Positions 26,700 to 39,555 of a DNA stretch of 64,000 nucleotides are shown piece after piece (positions within the stretch are counted from its first letter, which is position 1; each line of letters begins with the position of its first letter). The notes below the pieces were generated by a model. That model was not told the DNA's origin. It did no database searches and was given only the letters and a program-made list of their open reading frames with translations. Both the position numbers and the translations under genes were made by a program. The stretch comes from Raillietiella orientalis (Eukaryota), in the NCBI GenBank assembly GCA_036172245.1, contig JAYWIR010000063.1, positions 62,001 through 126,000 on the forward strand, written 5' to 3'.

Positions 26700-27660
26700 A
26701 AAGATTGGTCAAGAAAGCCATAGAAAGCACACAACCCAGTCTGAGGTGGAGATCCTGAGGATCAGGGAATCGTTACCCCCTGAACATCCCTACATCTAGG
26801 CCGTTCTTCGTCCGGAGCATCTCTTTCATGGGACCGGTCTCTGGAGGGATGCACAGGCCACAGCCAAGGACATCTTGATGGGCTAATCAAAAAAGGAATC
26901 GGAAGGGTCGAGGCTGCGGTAGAGTTCCAGTAGGGATCACCCTCTGCACCATTCGGAAACTTCAAGATGAGAACGCCTTCCTGGAAGCGGGACCGCCAAT
27001 GTGGGATGCGGTTTTTTCCGATTCCCCAAACCCCTATTCGAACCACCTGCTAAACAGTTGCCCCACGGGAACTGCGGGACCCTTTTTCCTGAGGCACTAA
27101 CGTAAGCAATGAACATCTTTCGGTGTTGCCTATAGAAACAGCGGATTGTTAACCTGATAAGTCTGTGGAGACAGGGAAACGCAACTCCATGTGCTCACCT
27201 GCCCGACGTCGCGCCGGGACTGGGCCAAGCTGGAGGAGGTGACAGGCCTGCAGAGGATGGGCAAGATGGAGATCCTGGCAGGGATGTTTGAAGGGAACGG
27301 TAACGTTCCTCGATACAACCCAATGGTCAGCATCACCATCTCCCTCTTTACCACGAGCATCGTGGTGAGAAGGGCAAGAATGCGGACCAGAATAAGCAGC
27401 TGTGGAAATATTGAAAGGTCTAGTTAAGAGGGAAATAGGCATCAGAAGCTGCGGACGCATTCCCACTTGGACGTACTGTTACATCCTGCGAAGGATTCAG
27501 GAAGATAGTCCACTAAGTGAATTTCCCACGCAAACTCAGTGACCGGATGCCCGAAGACTAACCCTGAAGGTGAAAACTGAAAACCGGTGACATAACAGAA
27601 CACTTGTATGAATGAATGTTGAAGATAAATTCACCCCACCGCAAGTCGGACTGGGGAAAA
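26700..27660 (+). mobile_element. Older family B LINE 3' fragment
   Basis: MEILAGMFEGNGNVPRYNPMV matches MEILAGMFQGDGNVPCYNPMV in the 6.6-8.0 kb element, and the terminus CCCCACC...CTGGGGAAAA is shared. Confidence 0.8.
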
Positions 27661-27899
27661 CCTGATAAGTTTGTATTGTTTGGGGACCAAAAAATTGGCT
27701 CCCCAAGGAGTAGGACTAGGAGAGCACTGCATTGGTAAAGGAAAGGGGAGGGAGAGTGGGAGAAGTCATTCGTTGCGCAGTTTCAACAGCAGGGTTTAAG
27801 GGCATCACTTGAGTTGAGTGGATGGCCCGGGAAGCTGCGACGAAGCCCAGGGACCGTTACTGGACCACGCAGACCAGCGTCTGCGCCACCGCATCAAGC

Positions 27900-28300
27900 G
27901 CTCCGCTCCAGCCATCCGTCGCACCCCTTCCGCTTGTGGCAGCAGGAAGGGGAGTGAGCGCTTCTCGCCCAGGGTGGAATACCGGGGGGGATGCACGCGG
28001 TGACATCCTTGCTCACGTGCCCTGAATGCGTACACAAGGAGTGTTCCTGCTCGGATTCGGGGAAGGCACCTTGGAAGAGGTTCCTGCGTGCTTGAAGCTC
28101 AGGGAAGAACGAACAAGAGCAGAATGCTCTCTTTCTTACTCCAGAAAACTCATCTGTCGGTTCCTCACTTTCCGGCGCCTCCATTGCGCCTTCTCCTCGG
28201 GTTGCAGATCCTCCATCACCACCGACTTCACCTGCTGATTGACTCTAATAACAGGATTGGCCTGCTGTTAGGGCGGATCCTTCCTGTGGGAGTCTGGGGA
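27900..28300 (-). pseudogene. Possible gag-like/zinc-knuckle remnant
   Basis: Degenerate knuckle HSLCTHSGHVSKD only. Confidence 0.25.
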
Positions 28301-31014
28301 CGAACGAGCTCCATGAAATCCCCGCAGCGGCAGCGGATGAAGGGGGTTATCTCCTACCGACTAAGCCACTTCAAACAGACCCGCAGCAGGTTTGGCTTCT
28401 CGGCGTGACGTGAAGCCCGCAGTGGAGGCGTCACAAGCTGCTGCCTTCTTCTGAACGGTGAGCTGCTTGAAACAGACCTGCGGCAGGTCCGCTTTAGCAG
28501 AAGTTTCCCTCAACCATCCGCTGCTCAGCACCCTTCATTCCCAAACCCTTCATTCTCCGGAATGCGCAAAAACTCTCCCTTTCGACGCTGCTTTCGGACT
28601 GCGATGTGAGTGCCCCTGTCTTTGAAGAAAAGCCAAGAGTAGGATACTCCCGTTTGAACTCGTCGCTTCCGTGTTACGCCCCGATTTCAAAACCGCGCCC
28701 GCCACGTTCCCTGCTGCGCCAACGACTCCGAGGCGCAGTGCTCGTGTCGATCTCAGGAATATTTCGGGTTGCATGGAGGCTGCAGGCAGCAGCGAGCACG
28801 ATCAGCGAATTCAATCTGGAGATGCATGAATGTAACTGGAGTGACTGGAGCAAGGCGGGACCGGTGATTACGACGAGGATCATTTTTTTTTTTTTTTTCC
28901 TTTTTTTGCACCTATCAGCTCATAATGAAACGCAGGGGCCATTAATAATCGCTCCCCTTAATAAAAGGCATAGGTGAGACGTCATGAGTTTATGACCTTG
29001 CGGAATGAGGGAAGTGCGCATCATTTCGGACTGGCTCGCGGCTTTCGATGGAGCGCCCGCAATCTTCGCGATTGAAATCGATTTTTCCCAGTGTGCGTGC
29101 GGTTCCCTCTGGCAAAGAGGCGTGGCTCCAGCTGACCCTGTGCAGCCGGCAAAGGAACTTTTTCTGTCATTTGCCGGAACCTCCCACTCCTTTCGCTAAA
29201 CAGTGCATGCAGAATGTTTCCTAGAGCCTACCATACTTCCCTGATGTTAGGCACGCCCTTTCAGAAAGGCAGCTCCATCTCCCCCTAGCGTGGTGGTCCC
29301 AAAACACAATGAACTTTGTCCATCTGAACCTGCTGCAGCGCAGGAGGAGAAGGAAGGCCATCCCGGATGTTGCCGACCACTTCGAGTGCACCTCTGACGC
29401 GACCATAGGTAGTCGAGAAACGCAAAGACCTCGCTGACTCTCTATCCACGAACGACACCCATACCTAAGAGCTGGCCTTCTTAAGGTCCTAGGATCGCCA
29501 GAGTGAAGAGCTCATCTTGCAACTGCATCTCCAAGAAATGAGGCGTCTTACGAGTGGTCACCTCTAGTATCCAATATGGAGGCGGTATACACGGGATCCA
29601 TGGTTTGGGACGCTCCCTCCCTCGATGAAGGAATCGTGCAGAACAACGACACCTAAGAAGGACCAGCACCACCAGCCGATGGGGATGAGGCGGGATACTC
29701 TTGGAAAAGACTCCATCCAGCACCTCATGTGGCGGGACAAGATGGTCGGTGCCATCTTCACTCCTTGACCTCTTGCTGGGTGCAAAGTTTGGAAGAAGAT
29801 GAAAACTTTGCCAGTACCGGAGGTATCAAGTTGTGCGACTGTCTAATAGTTTTGTCCAGTCCCCACTTTCCATCCTATTCTTCCCAGCACTTCCATCACC
29901 TCTCTTCCCGTATTCGATTTTGCTTTTGCCCGTTAATTGAGAACTAACCCCTTCGTTTCCAAATGACGGAGGCGCGGTTTTGAATTTACCCATGGACTGT
30001 CCATTGACAGTCCATCGTCGGACGTCCCGGACGAAGCAGAGACACACATCCTCGGGGGCTAGAATGATGCATCACGGCTTCCTCTTTCCTTGCAACGTTC
30101 TTGAACGGAGCTCGTCTATGGAATCATGAAGGATTTTAGGAAGATCCGCTCGAATCAGAGCGCCCAGTCGTCGGAGCGTCCCGGGGGAGCAACGGTTCCG
30201 TGGAGTTCTTAGCACTGTCTCTTTCCTTCCTCCCCCTCTTCATCTCTTCATTTTTCCTCCCCCACTTCTGAGGGCGCCGAGAATCTCAGCTTCAAGTCCC
30301 TTGCCCCACGGAAGGCGGATGGACTCCCGCTCGGGGCAGGCGAGGACCAACCCACCTGCTACCGCGTCTTTGAGGAGGCTAGAGCACGGTCAGGAAACCC
30401 GGTCAACCGCCTGTGGGTCGAACCGCCGGGAGTCCTACCCCCGGACATGCTGGGGAGGAACACGCAGTCCTCTTCCCTGATCCCATAGTCGAGGGTGGGT
30501 CACGATGAGTGGCTGCTCCCCAAGTTGACCTCTTCTGGATGCGAAATTGGTCTTTCGTGAGCTTCGGTTCCTTCACGTTCGTGATCTGATGCGGAGATGG
30601 TCAATTCCAAATGAGCACACAAGAGATCTCCTCACTCTCTACATCCGCACTCTGCAACTAACAGTAGCACTGCTCAGAAACCAAACGTCCAGGGTCACGT
30701 CCAGGGGCATTTCTCGACTCGCCCGACCGGGAAGTCGTGATTTCCGCAGTGAAGACCACGTGCGCTGCAGGGCGAAACCGGTAGGTTTCTGTCCACTCGA
30801 ACTGAGGATGAAACGGTGGGCTGCACCGCGAGGAGAAACCGATAGAGAATCGCATGGCCTCCGGCTCACACCTTCGCATCCCCTGCGCCCAAGACGAGCT
30901 TCGTGCCCACCTTCTTGTTTCGCACAGCCCTCGCCGACACCCACGGTATGTGGCAGCCACGATGGTTTTGCAGCAGCATGCGATGCCTTCTGTCACGTAG
31001 GAGCCCTACAGTCG

Positions 31015-31600
31015 TTCCCGGATTTTCCGGGGCATTCATTATAAAAACAATAAATTGCATTTTTGTGACTCTTGGTTCTATCACGTCTTAAAAAAAAAAA
31101 AAACACGTGGAGCTCAGCTGGTTACCCGTATGCGGACTGACGACGTACGTTTCGACAGAGAGGTAGAAGGGATAAACCAAAGAGGGGAAAAAAAGTAAAC
31201 AGACACAAAAAGTACGGGAATGTTTTTTCCAGGTGGGAGGTGAAGGGACAAAAGATCGGATAAGGGATGACTGTTTGCTTCCCGGCGTTCTCAACATCCT
31301 GTCCAGCATGTTGGCAGGTGCAGTGGATGAGGATGTTTGTCCAGTCGATGGCGTCTCTTTTATTTCATGTCCTCTCCTTGTGACCTTCCAGGCTGCCAAT
31401 GGCCCGCGCAGGCAGCAAAGAGCTGCCAGGCGCGTGGCTGGTGGCAGGGCATCCCACACAAAGAGGGGCTTTGCGATGTTCCTGGAGTTGCTCAGCGAGA
31501 ACAGAAGGGCCGTCGATAGACGTTCCCATAGGAGCCGGAAAGCAACACAATCAAGGAGCACACACAGTTCTGGCCCAGCCTTTCCCCGGATCCAGCAATG
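31015..31600 (-). mobile_element. Family A LINE 3' fragment
   Basis: LLDCVAFRLLWERL...; the UTR ends with hairpin CCCGG-AAAAT-CCGGG (31017-31031). Confidence 0.75.
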
Positions 31601-31619
31601 AAGACGTGCCTTTCATGGG

Positions 31620-33665
31620 ACACCCCCAACGTATGACTCCTGCCAGTTTAAGGTAAGGGTGGAGGTGTCCGTAAGGATAGAGGGCAACACAGGATCTTCT
31701 GGAAGGGCTTCTAAAAGCTTCTTAGTATCTACTGCGTCCACTCTTTGACACCTGCTTCGAGCTGGTGCTGAGGGCATACAAAGTGACTCTGGCCACCCTG
31801 CTGATCTCGTGCCCCCGCATGCGTTGATGTATGCCGGCGATCTTCTACTACTGCTCTCCTGGCATCACCACAACGAGGGCTTCTTATGGCTGCTGCGCCG
31901 GGGGATGGGCCTGGGGATAAATAGAAGTAAGCCGTCGGTGGTGGGGGTTACTACGGAGTGGACTTGACGACTTGGCTGGAATCGCTTGGAGATCCCCACG
32001 GGCAGGTACTTCAAGGACCTTAAAGTTTCGTTGAGGGACTTCTGTCTAGCAGAAGCCTGGTCCGGTCGTTTGCAGAAAGTACAGATGGCGCCTAGCCTGT
32101 TCTTGGAAGGCAAGTTCTACTTGCCAGAACGGACCGCAAGTTCCACTTGCCGCCCTGAAGTGTGGTAGAACACCTCCGTGTACCCCTCCTTCGCTCCCTG
32201 CTTTTTGCTTGCCCGTCCCCGAGAAGCTAAAAAACAGAACGATCTCTTGGAAGGATCGCTCTTTGGGGCAGGCAATGGGAAGTCCCTAGTCCAGATGAAA
32301 GACTCGTGTGCTCCGCACCGGGACGACGGCCTCGGTCTCCTGGCGCTGTAGCGGATTGGAGGTCCAGCTGCGATGGAGAACCATGGCTATTGCAGAGAAG
32401 TATCAAAGAACCCCGAGTTGCCTTCCTGCGCGCCTCCTCGCCAGCCACCGTGTATCCTGCACGGATGGACTTGCCTCCTACCTTTTGTGCTCTGGTCGAA
32501 AAATGAGAAGATGAGACCCTTACTCGGACGCATGGTCACCGTGGCGAAAGAGAACGGCTGGATGGCCTGTTGCCCGGTCAACTCTGGCGCCAGACTAGAG
32601 GAAATAGTTGGCACCTAGGGGGGAATGAACGAGTCGAGCTCCGAAGAATGGAACTGCCTGTGACTCGGCAACCATGCCCGCTGCTCCCTCCAGAAGGTTT
32701 TGGGGTGTTTCAGCATGAGCCCGTGGACGGAGCAGACCCTCTATCTGCTACGATGCGCTTTCTGTGGAGAGCACTAGACAGAAGCCAAGCGTCGAAGAGT
32801 AAGATCGTCTCCTGTAAGATCGCCGGCAGAGAAAAGATGAGTGATCGGACCATGGGGCAGCTGGCGGATGCTGCTAACCCAAGTGTCCTTCCGCGAGGAC
32901 TACACCGCTGGAACGAGTTGCCCGGTATTCCAAGCGGAGACCTGAAGCAGCCCCAGCTTTCGTGGACAGCAGCGCCGTCCCCCTGGAGTGGCAGGAGTAG
33001 GCACTTCTCCTGTCGCAATGGGGTATTCTCTGCAACGCGCGCCGTCACAACTGGACGCTGGGGAGGGAGAGCCGGCACCGTCGCAGGTGGGGGGAACGTG
33101 AATCCCTCCCGCGCCTGCATGCGGACTGCGTTGCCCTCCGGCCTCTATGGGAACGTTTCGGAACGACCCTCCAGATCCCGGTTGGCACCTTCCCCAGGGA
33201 CGTTTCGCGGTTGGCACCTTTCTTCCTCTTTGCGCGAGATGCCCTGAAGCTCCAGCAGCGCTTCGCTGCATCCGCGGGACTGCGGCGCCCTGGAGCGAAG
33301 CCCACAGAGGAAGAAACGAGAGGGATTCCGTCCAGTTCACAATTCGTTTTCTGCGGGTAGCGACCAGATGGTCCCGCCCGGGACCTATTCTGACGGAGGA
33401 TTCAGACGGACCTAGCAGACATCCTGGAACGGATGCAGACTCCCTCCAGCGTACAGTGATCCCTTTTTGATCCTACCAAAGATTTTTATTTATTTTTATT
33501 TACTTTCTTTTTTTTTTCTTCCCTCCCCCTCCGCTGTCGAGGTGACCTCCGCCAGTCCGCGTACTGTCGACCCGACAGGCCTGTTAATGTGGTAGGACCA
33601 CGTGTCCTGCCACAACATATGAGCGTATTTTAAATTTTAATAAATGCTCCGGCGCGTCCGGGTGG
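31620..33665 (+). mobile_element. Decayed family A LINE (RT to 3' end)
   Basis: ALMYAGDLLLLL and EIPTGRYFK are homologous to the 1-800 copy; LPLEWQE motif; AATAAA and hairpin at 33648-33662. Confidence 0.8.
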
Positions 33666-34060
33666 AAATCGAGAAGCTGGAGCCAACGTAGCAGTCTTTT
33701 GACAACATCCTCTGTCGTTGACAGTTTGATGGCATCATTCGCAGGTGCCTCCAGTCCCGTAGACACACGTGGTGTGTGGTTATGTACATTTGTTAATGTA
33801 CCGAGCGCTGGCGGGGGCTTTACAGATCGAGGCTGCCTACTTGCAGTCTCTCTCTAAGACTCCATCGTAAAGAGGGCGGTTCAAATGTACCCGAGCGAGT
33901 GGCGGCCACCCATTCAACGTGCCCACGTTGCACACCACGTGTGACGACAGCTGTTTGATACACTGGATGTCGATCCAGTGTATCAAACTGCTGTTGTGGG
34001 AGAGCACGGGATGTGAATCTCACTTCCCATTTGAGTGACTTTCCGCCCCGTGGAAGGGAG

Positions 34061-34195
34061 TGGTGAACCGAGGTACTGCAATACCGGTTAACCCGCGTCA
34101 GGAGAAGAAGCAAGCTCCAAGCATCCCGAACAGCAGTTGAGAGCACTGGCCACCAGATGGATGCCGTATCAGATTTTAAGCTGATTACGAGCAGG
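34061..34195 (-). ncRNA. U2: U2 snRNA pseudogene (3' three quarters, 5' end missing)
   Basis: The minus strand reads CCTGCTCGTAATCAGCTTAAAATCTGATACG (stem IIa region; U2 consensus TCTGTTCTTATCAGCTTAANATCTGATA), then GGAGCTTGCT (loop III) and CGCGGGTTAACCGGTATTGCAGTACCTCGG (stem-loop IV), in U2 order. No recognisable Sm site. Confidence 0.85.
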
Positions 34196-34810
34196 TTTTA
34201 TTCAGAGACATCGAGGTGCAATAGACAACGAATACAACAAGGTTCGTCACCTCTCTTTGATTTCTGCTAGAAATGAGAGACTGTAGGCGAGAGCCTATTT
34301 CTGGATGATATGCTATTTTCTTCTAGTAGGATAGAGCTACATATCTAGGATTTATCGTTCAAGTGAAGAGTGGTTTCCGCATCTCGAGCACATGCGTCCA
34401 TTAGACACCCCTGAAGTACCGGATACATGGGACCATCACAGGGTGTCTCCGAATAGTTTCCAAGGACTCCTAAGTCACGAATCACAGCATCATGATTCGC
34501 AAGATCCCCAGCTCCAAGAGGTCCGATGATGAAGACGTGCACTTTTCACTGGTTTTGCTGATTAACAGGCATCATCTTGGTGCTTCTTGATTTTTCTTGT
34601 TCTCGAGACATGCTGAATGCCTCATGAGCAGCAAGCGTCCAGAACCACCACGATTCTGCTGACCTGCAACACTAGATCAGGTCTCAGAGTGGAATCTACC
34701 CCTGGGACCTCTCCATCACCGGACACCAACTTACACTTATCTGAGTCCACTGCAGCGCCACGTCGAGTGGTGGAGGGACGACAGTGCCTCGTGCAGTGGT
34801 TCGTAATGTG
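34196..34810 (-). mobile_element. Utopia-type (U2-targeting) RLE retrotransposon 3' remnant
   Basis: HITNHC..RRGAAV..VPGVDSTLRPDLVL..VVVLDA and VFIIGPLGAGDLANHDAVI (RLE domain). The 3' end AATAAAA (34202-34196) abuts the U2 fragment. Confidence 0.8.
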
Positions 34811-35584
34811 AGGCAATGGCTCATCCCAGAGTCTACAGCTCCATCTACTTCCCTTCTCCTTTTCTCCCTTTTGATTCACTAGGTACTCAGGGGTCGTCGC
34901 TCGCCTGGAGGCTCACGCAGCTCTTTAACGCTGTTCCACGCCACTATGAAAGTACGAGTCAATGTCACGAGTTAACACGCCACCGCGCAAGTTCTTCTGG
35001 AGATGACCCTGATGAGGAGCGAAATCAGCCTAGCCTCGTGGACAAATCAGCAAATCTCAGGGCGATTCCCTTTTGGCTGAAAAAAAAAAAAAAAAAAAGG
35101 TACCTGAACGGGGGTGCAGTCCCACATGCTGCCTGGCTTTCCCTTGGTCTCGGTGCTCCTCAAAAGAAGGACTGCTATGCGTGCTCTCTCTGTGTGTAAT
35201 CTCATCACAGAAGGAGAAAAGTTTTTCCTGGCCTTTCTTAAAGGGGCTAAGCGGGGATGAGCTCCAGGACCACGTGGGTGGGATACTGCAAAAAGGTGGT
35301 AGCTGGAGAATTTACCATCCGACTGTGAAAATTCCGGCTGCACGTTTGGAAACTTTGGGGGGCAACTGGGGGCCACGCAGAGTGTCGCTGTTGATTTTCT
35401 GGCATGTGTCCCACAAACGGTGACTTGCTGGAGGAGGTGAGACTATCGTAGGGCTAGTCTTTGGTCCGCAGGATCCGGCTATTCGCCATCTCACGAGTGG
35501 AATGGGACACAGGCAAAGGAGGGCAGGCTGGGCAGGGGGTAACGCACCGTTGCGCAATCCACCTGGACAGCCGGAAGGCTGGAT

Positions 35585-36400
35585 TGTCACCCGAGTGCGC
35601 CTAGGCGTTCATTTCATATAAAAAAATAAACGTTTGCAATCTCTGTGGCTGGACAGGTGGTCCAACCAGGTCGTTTTGAGAACTTGCTGGGTTACCGGCT
35701 CGCAGACCGGTGGGTTCCGCCACGGCAGCAGAGGGGAAGGGGACAAGCAAAAACAGAGAAAAGGAAACAAAAAAAAAGTAAATAAACAAATTTGGGGGAA
35801 GGGGGTGCGGGAAGGGATCACGTTCTACTGGATGCGTTTCTCTCCATCCTTTTGAAGTCTCCGGCAAGTTCTTGTTGCATACTGCTCTACGGGTGGAGAC
35901 ATCCCGTTGCCATCCCCATGAATCGGACAGGAAAGTGGATGACACCCCTGTCGCTGTGCCCTCCTTCTGAGTCGCTCCAGGCAGCCGCAATCGCACGTAG
36001 GCAGCAGAGAGCTGGTAGCGAGACTGCTGGCCGAAGGGCGTCTCCTAGGAGGAGGGGTTTCAGAGCGTCCCTGGAGTTGCCGCCGCCGGGGGTTCCTAGG
36101 GTCGCGGCAAAGCATTTCCAGAGGGACCGGAGGAAAACACAGTTCACGAGCGGATGCGGGAAGGATTTGCACTTCCCGAACCTGGCACAGTTGTGATCCA
36201 CACACACTTGGGTCCTGTGATGTCTGTGGGTGTTGCACGGGTGGTCCCAATGCAACTGCAGCATCAACTCCTGCCACTTCAAGGGAAGGGTGTGGGTATC
36301 CAAGATTACTGCGAGAGCCTGAAGTCTAGAGGAGACTCTCTCAGGACCAGCAAATCCTCTTCCACTGGCGAGCCATCCATAGCAACGGGTTGAGGGGCGA
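35585..36400 (-). mobile_element. Family A LINE 3' fragment
   Basis: LPLKWQELMLQLHW..CARFGKCKSFPHPLVNCVFLRSLW, followed by the family A UTR. Confidence 0.8.
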
Positions 36401-38249
36401 ACTCCTAGGAAGCACGGACATGCGGCGCTACCTCCTGCGGTGGCGGCAGCGCCGCAGGTGCCTTCGCGGACTGCCGTGGCCACGCCCATTGCGTCGAAGC
36501 GGCGAAAGTGGGAATGGCTGCTTCCTCCCCCCCCTTCCGTAGATGGGGTCATGTCCTATGGACACATACTTATTCCGCCTCCTCCTCATCCTCTTCTCTT
36601 TTCCTTGCTTTTTGAACTTTCATTTTCTCGTGGTCTTCTTCCTCGCTCTCCTGTTCTCCGTTCTTCCTTAACAGGGTCTCTCCAGGACTTTCGAGGACGT
36701 TTCGAGAACGGAGCAGTTTACGCCTCTGGCGACGAAGCGAAATCACTTGCGGTTGCCATGGCACTCTTTGGTCCGAAAGGCCATCCACGGCCCCCCCAGC
36801 TTATATCCGCAGGATCCCCACTAGCGACCGCCAAGCGATCGTCTAAGTGGATGAGGTAGTCCAGTGTTGACCCCACTCCTCACAGAAAGCGATTCCCCGC
36901 GGGATTGCAGGAGCAGCCCAACACGCCAAATGGATTCGCGGGGAATGGCGGCGGACGGAACTTCTGACAGTGGATGGAAATCAGTGAAGGACAATCAGTG
37001 CTGCGCCAAGTCTCCTTGGAGACAGCTGGGCACCCCGCAGTCCAACACACGACGGCGCTCTTCTCTCACTGGGAGCTTTCTTTGCAATCCGTGCTATCGC
37101 AGTGACTGGGGGAAGGAGTACTCGTTCCAGCTGCAAGGGGTGAGTTGAGGTCCAAACGATCTCCATCTATTGCCGGGGTACGGCGCCCTCTTGTCGAGGT
37201 GAGGGAGGCTGAGTGAGGCCATACCGTACAGATACCTCTGGACGTCACGAGATTTCCATGGTATGGCAGCCATTTGGCATCCGCAGGCACCTCCGCCCCC
37301 AGTCTCTGCCACCACGACAAAGGCGGTAGCACACTGAGTCGGTGACACCGCGGTGGAGCACTTGATTGGGGAGCGAACATGCGAGGAAGACGGGGAGGTG
37401 AGCCAATGCTCTACGGGTAGAGCCATCCCGTTGATATCCCTTCCGGCCACTGCGACGCGCCAGAGGGAGCCACCATCGAGGGAAGCAAACAAGGAAGAAA
37501 CCTCTCGCACGGGAGGAGGAACCTGGAAGTGCCAGAACAGTGCCACTGTAGGAGGCCTCCCACTCACAGTCGACGGCATCCACTTGCATCCAGCGCTCTT
37601 GCATGCATCCAGCACTTTCCGAGTCTGTACTGCACCTCGATCCACGGACGTGGAGGGGAAGGCCGCCCAAGTCCCAAGGAACGATAGAGGAGACATCGTG
37701 GACACGTAGGACCTCCCGAGAAAATGCAGGCGGGCGTTCCGAGCACCTCCTAAGCCGGGCGCGGGGACGGGAAGGGTAGGAAGGCACCCCCAGGAGGCGG
37801 AAAGCTCCGAAAGAGGGCCAGAAGTCGCCGATGCACCACGGAAAGCAATGCGCACTCTGGCGCAGCGTCCGGAAGGTGCGGAACTTCTTCGCCGACCTTC
37901 CATCTCTTCCCCCCCACCGGACCAAGAAGATCCCCGAGGGCTTCCGTCCGTCCACACGGATGAGAGGTCGACCTGAAAGGCCCCATCCTCCTGTAAGGGA
38001 CTCCACAGTCGTGGCCGAAGAGGCCGGCATGGATTACGCCCTTCACGAGGAGGTCAACACAAGAAGCTGCCTACGACGAGCCTTCCCCTGCGTGGAAGGG
38101 GGAGTGACCGCCATTCCAGAGAAGTCCAAGATGGTTGCTCTCGTCTTTCCGGGGCCCTTCGTTTCGTTCGCGGAGTCACCGAAGCGCAAGAGGTGCCAGC
38201 GAGGGCCCAAGGAGGTGCGATCAGTGTCCTCAGGACCCTCAACAACGGT

Positions 38250-38985
38250 AGGTCAGCCATGGTCTCTCGGATCAGAGTTGGAGGACGCCGCGCGACCCCG
38301 TGTCCCACCAAACGGACACTGTTACGCTGGGAAGAGCTACTAGAAATTCCTCCTCCGGAGGTGAAGTGACCCCTAGCGTGTTGGCATAGTGCTGCCCTCC
38401 CCTAAAGCGACAGGAGTCTGCGACCCTGCTGTTACACTGGGGCGTCCCGTGCAAAGTCCGCCGATACCATTGGACCCGGAAAAGAAGTCCGAACTCCCGT
38501 GCGGCAGGTGCAGCGATGCCCTCCCGCATCTGCTCATAGAGTGTGCTGCATTCCGCCCCATGGGAGAACGCTTTGCCGCTGCGTCCCTGCGGATCCCCGA
38601 GGGCAAGGCCAGATACGCTTTAAAGCGCTTATTCTCGCGCGACGCCCCCACGCTGGCCGCGACCCTGGCAGCACTGCTGCCTATGCGGCAGGACAGCGTC
38701 AAGATGGTTCCATCTGGGATCCTCGAAACAGGAACTTGCCGGCATCCTGGCAAGGATGCAGAGGACGCCCTCCAGCATGCAGTGATCCCTTCCCGAATCC
38801 CCCCAAATTTTCTTTTTGTTTGTCTCCCCCTCCCCTGCACTGCCGAGGAGAACCCGCCGGCCTGCGCGCCGGTTCTCGGCAGGTTCCTTCCGTATTTCCA
38901 TGTAACGTGGCAGGATCACGCATGTTGCTGCTGAAGTCCAAGTTTTATTGTTAATAGATAAACGTCCCGGAGTGACTGGGTATCA
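38250..38985 (+). mobile_element. Family A LINE 3' fragment
   Basis: CGRCSDALPHLLIECAAFRPMGERF..ETGTCRHPGKDAEDALQ; hairpin CCCGG-AGTGA-CTGGG (38966-38980). Confidence 0.8.
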
Positions 38986-39338
38986 ATCCGAGCAGCCACT
39001 TTTCCCCGACTAACTCCAGGAGCTCCTACTTCAGGTCGTCCTCTGCCTGCTCGATTCGGGACCTCCGACCGCCCGGGACGGCAAACCGTGGGGACCCGTG
39101 GAAACGCCGTGCCTCCCATCGCTCCCAGGCAAAGTTGGCCCGGTTGACCGAATGGAAGGATGACCGCCCGTAAGAGAAGAGAGGTCAGCTGGCGCCCGCC
39201 CGCCCGCCCGCCCACTCAGGGAAGGGGGGGTCGCCGGGACTCACCTCCACGACCACCTAGAAGGGCCGCCACTACCCCTACCACACGACCCTCCCCCCCC
39301 CCGAGTTTCCTCGCAACGGAGACGTGAAGATGGCTTCA

Positions 39339-39344
39339 TTTAAT
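39339..39344 (-). promoter_or_regulatory. Candidate poly(A) signal ATTAAA of the APP-like gene
   Basis: The only AT-rich hexamer of this type in the GC-rich stretch about 210 nt after the stop codon. Confidence 0.45.
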
Positions 39345-39555
39345 TAGGAAACCACGCGCGAGGAGGCGTGCTTTGTGGCGCAGAGGCGCGGCACGGGAGG
39401 CGAGGGTGACGCCGTTCTACGCGGAGCTACCGAGACACACGAGACTGCGAGAAAGAGATCACCATGACGACGACGACGACGACGAGCACGGACGAAGCGA
39501 GACAGAGAGAGAGGGGAGGGGGGGGCAGGGGGGTGGAAGATGAAGGATGGGGAGT

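Noticed and set aside
35008..35030. Hammerhead-like CTGATGA-GGAGC-GAAA
   Set aside because: No stem I or stem III partner and no cleavage triplet in the right place.
35060..35080. 5' fragment of U2 (CCTTTTGGCT)
   Set aside because: Only about 10 nt match, and the orientation is opposite to the U2 remnant.
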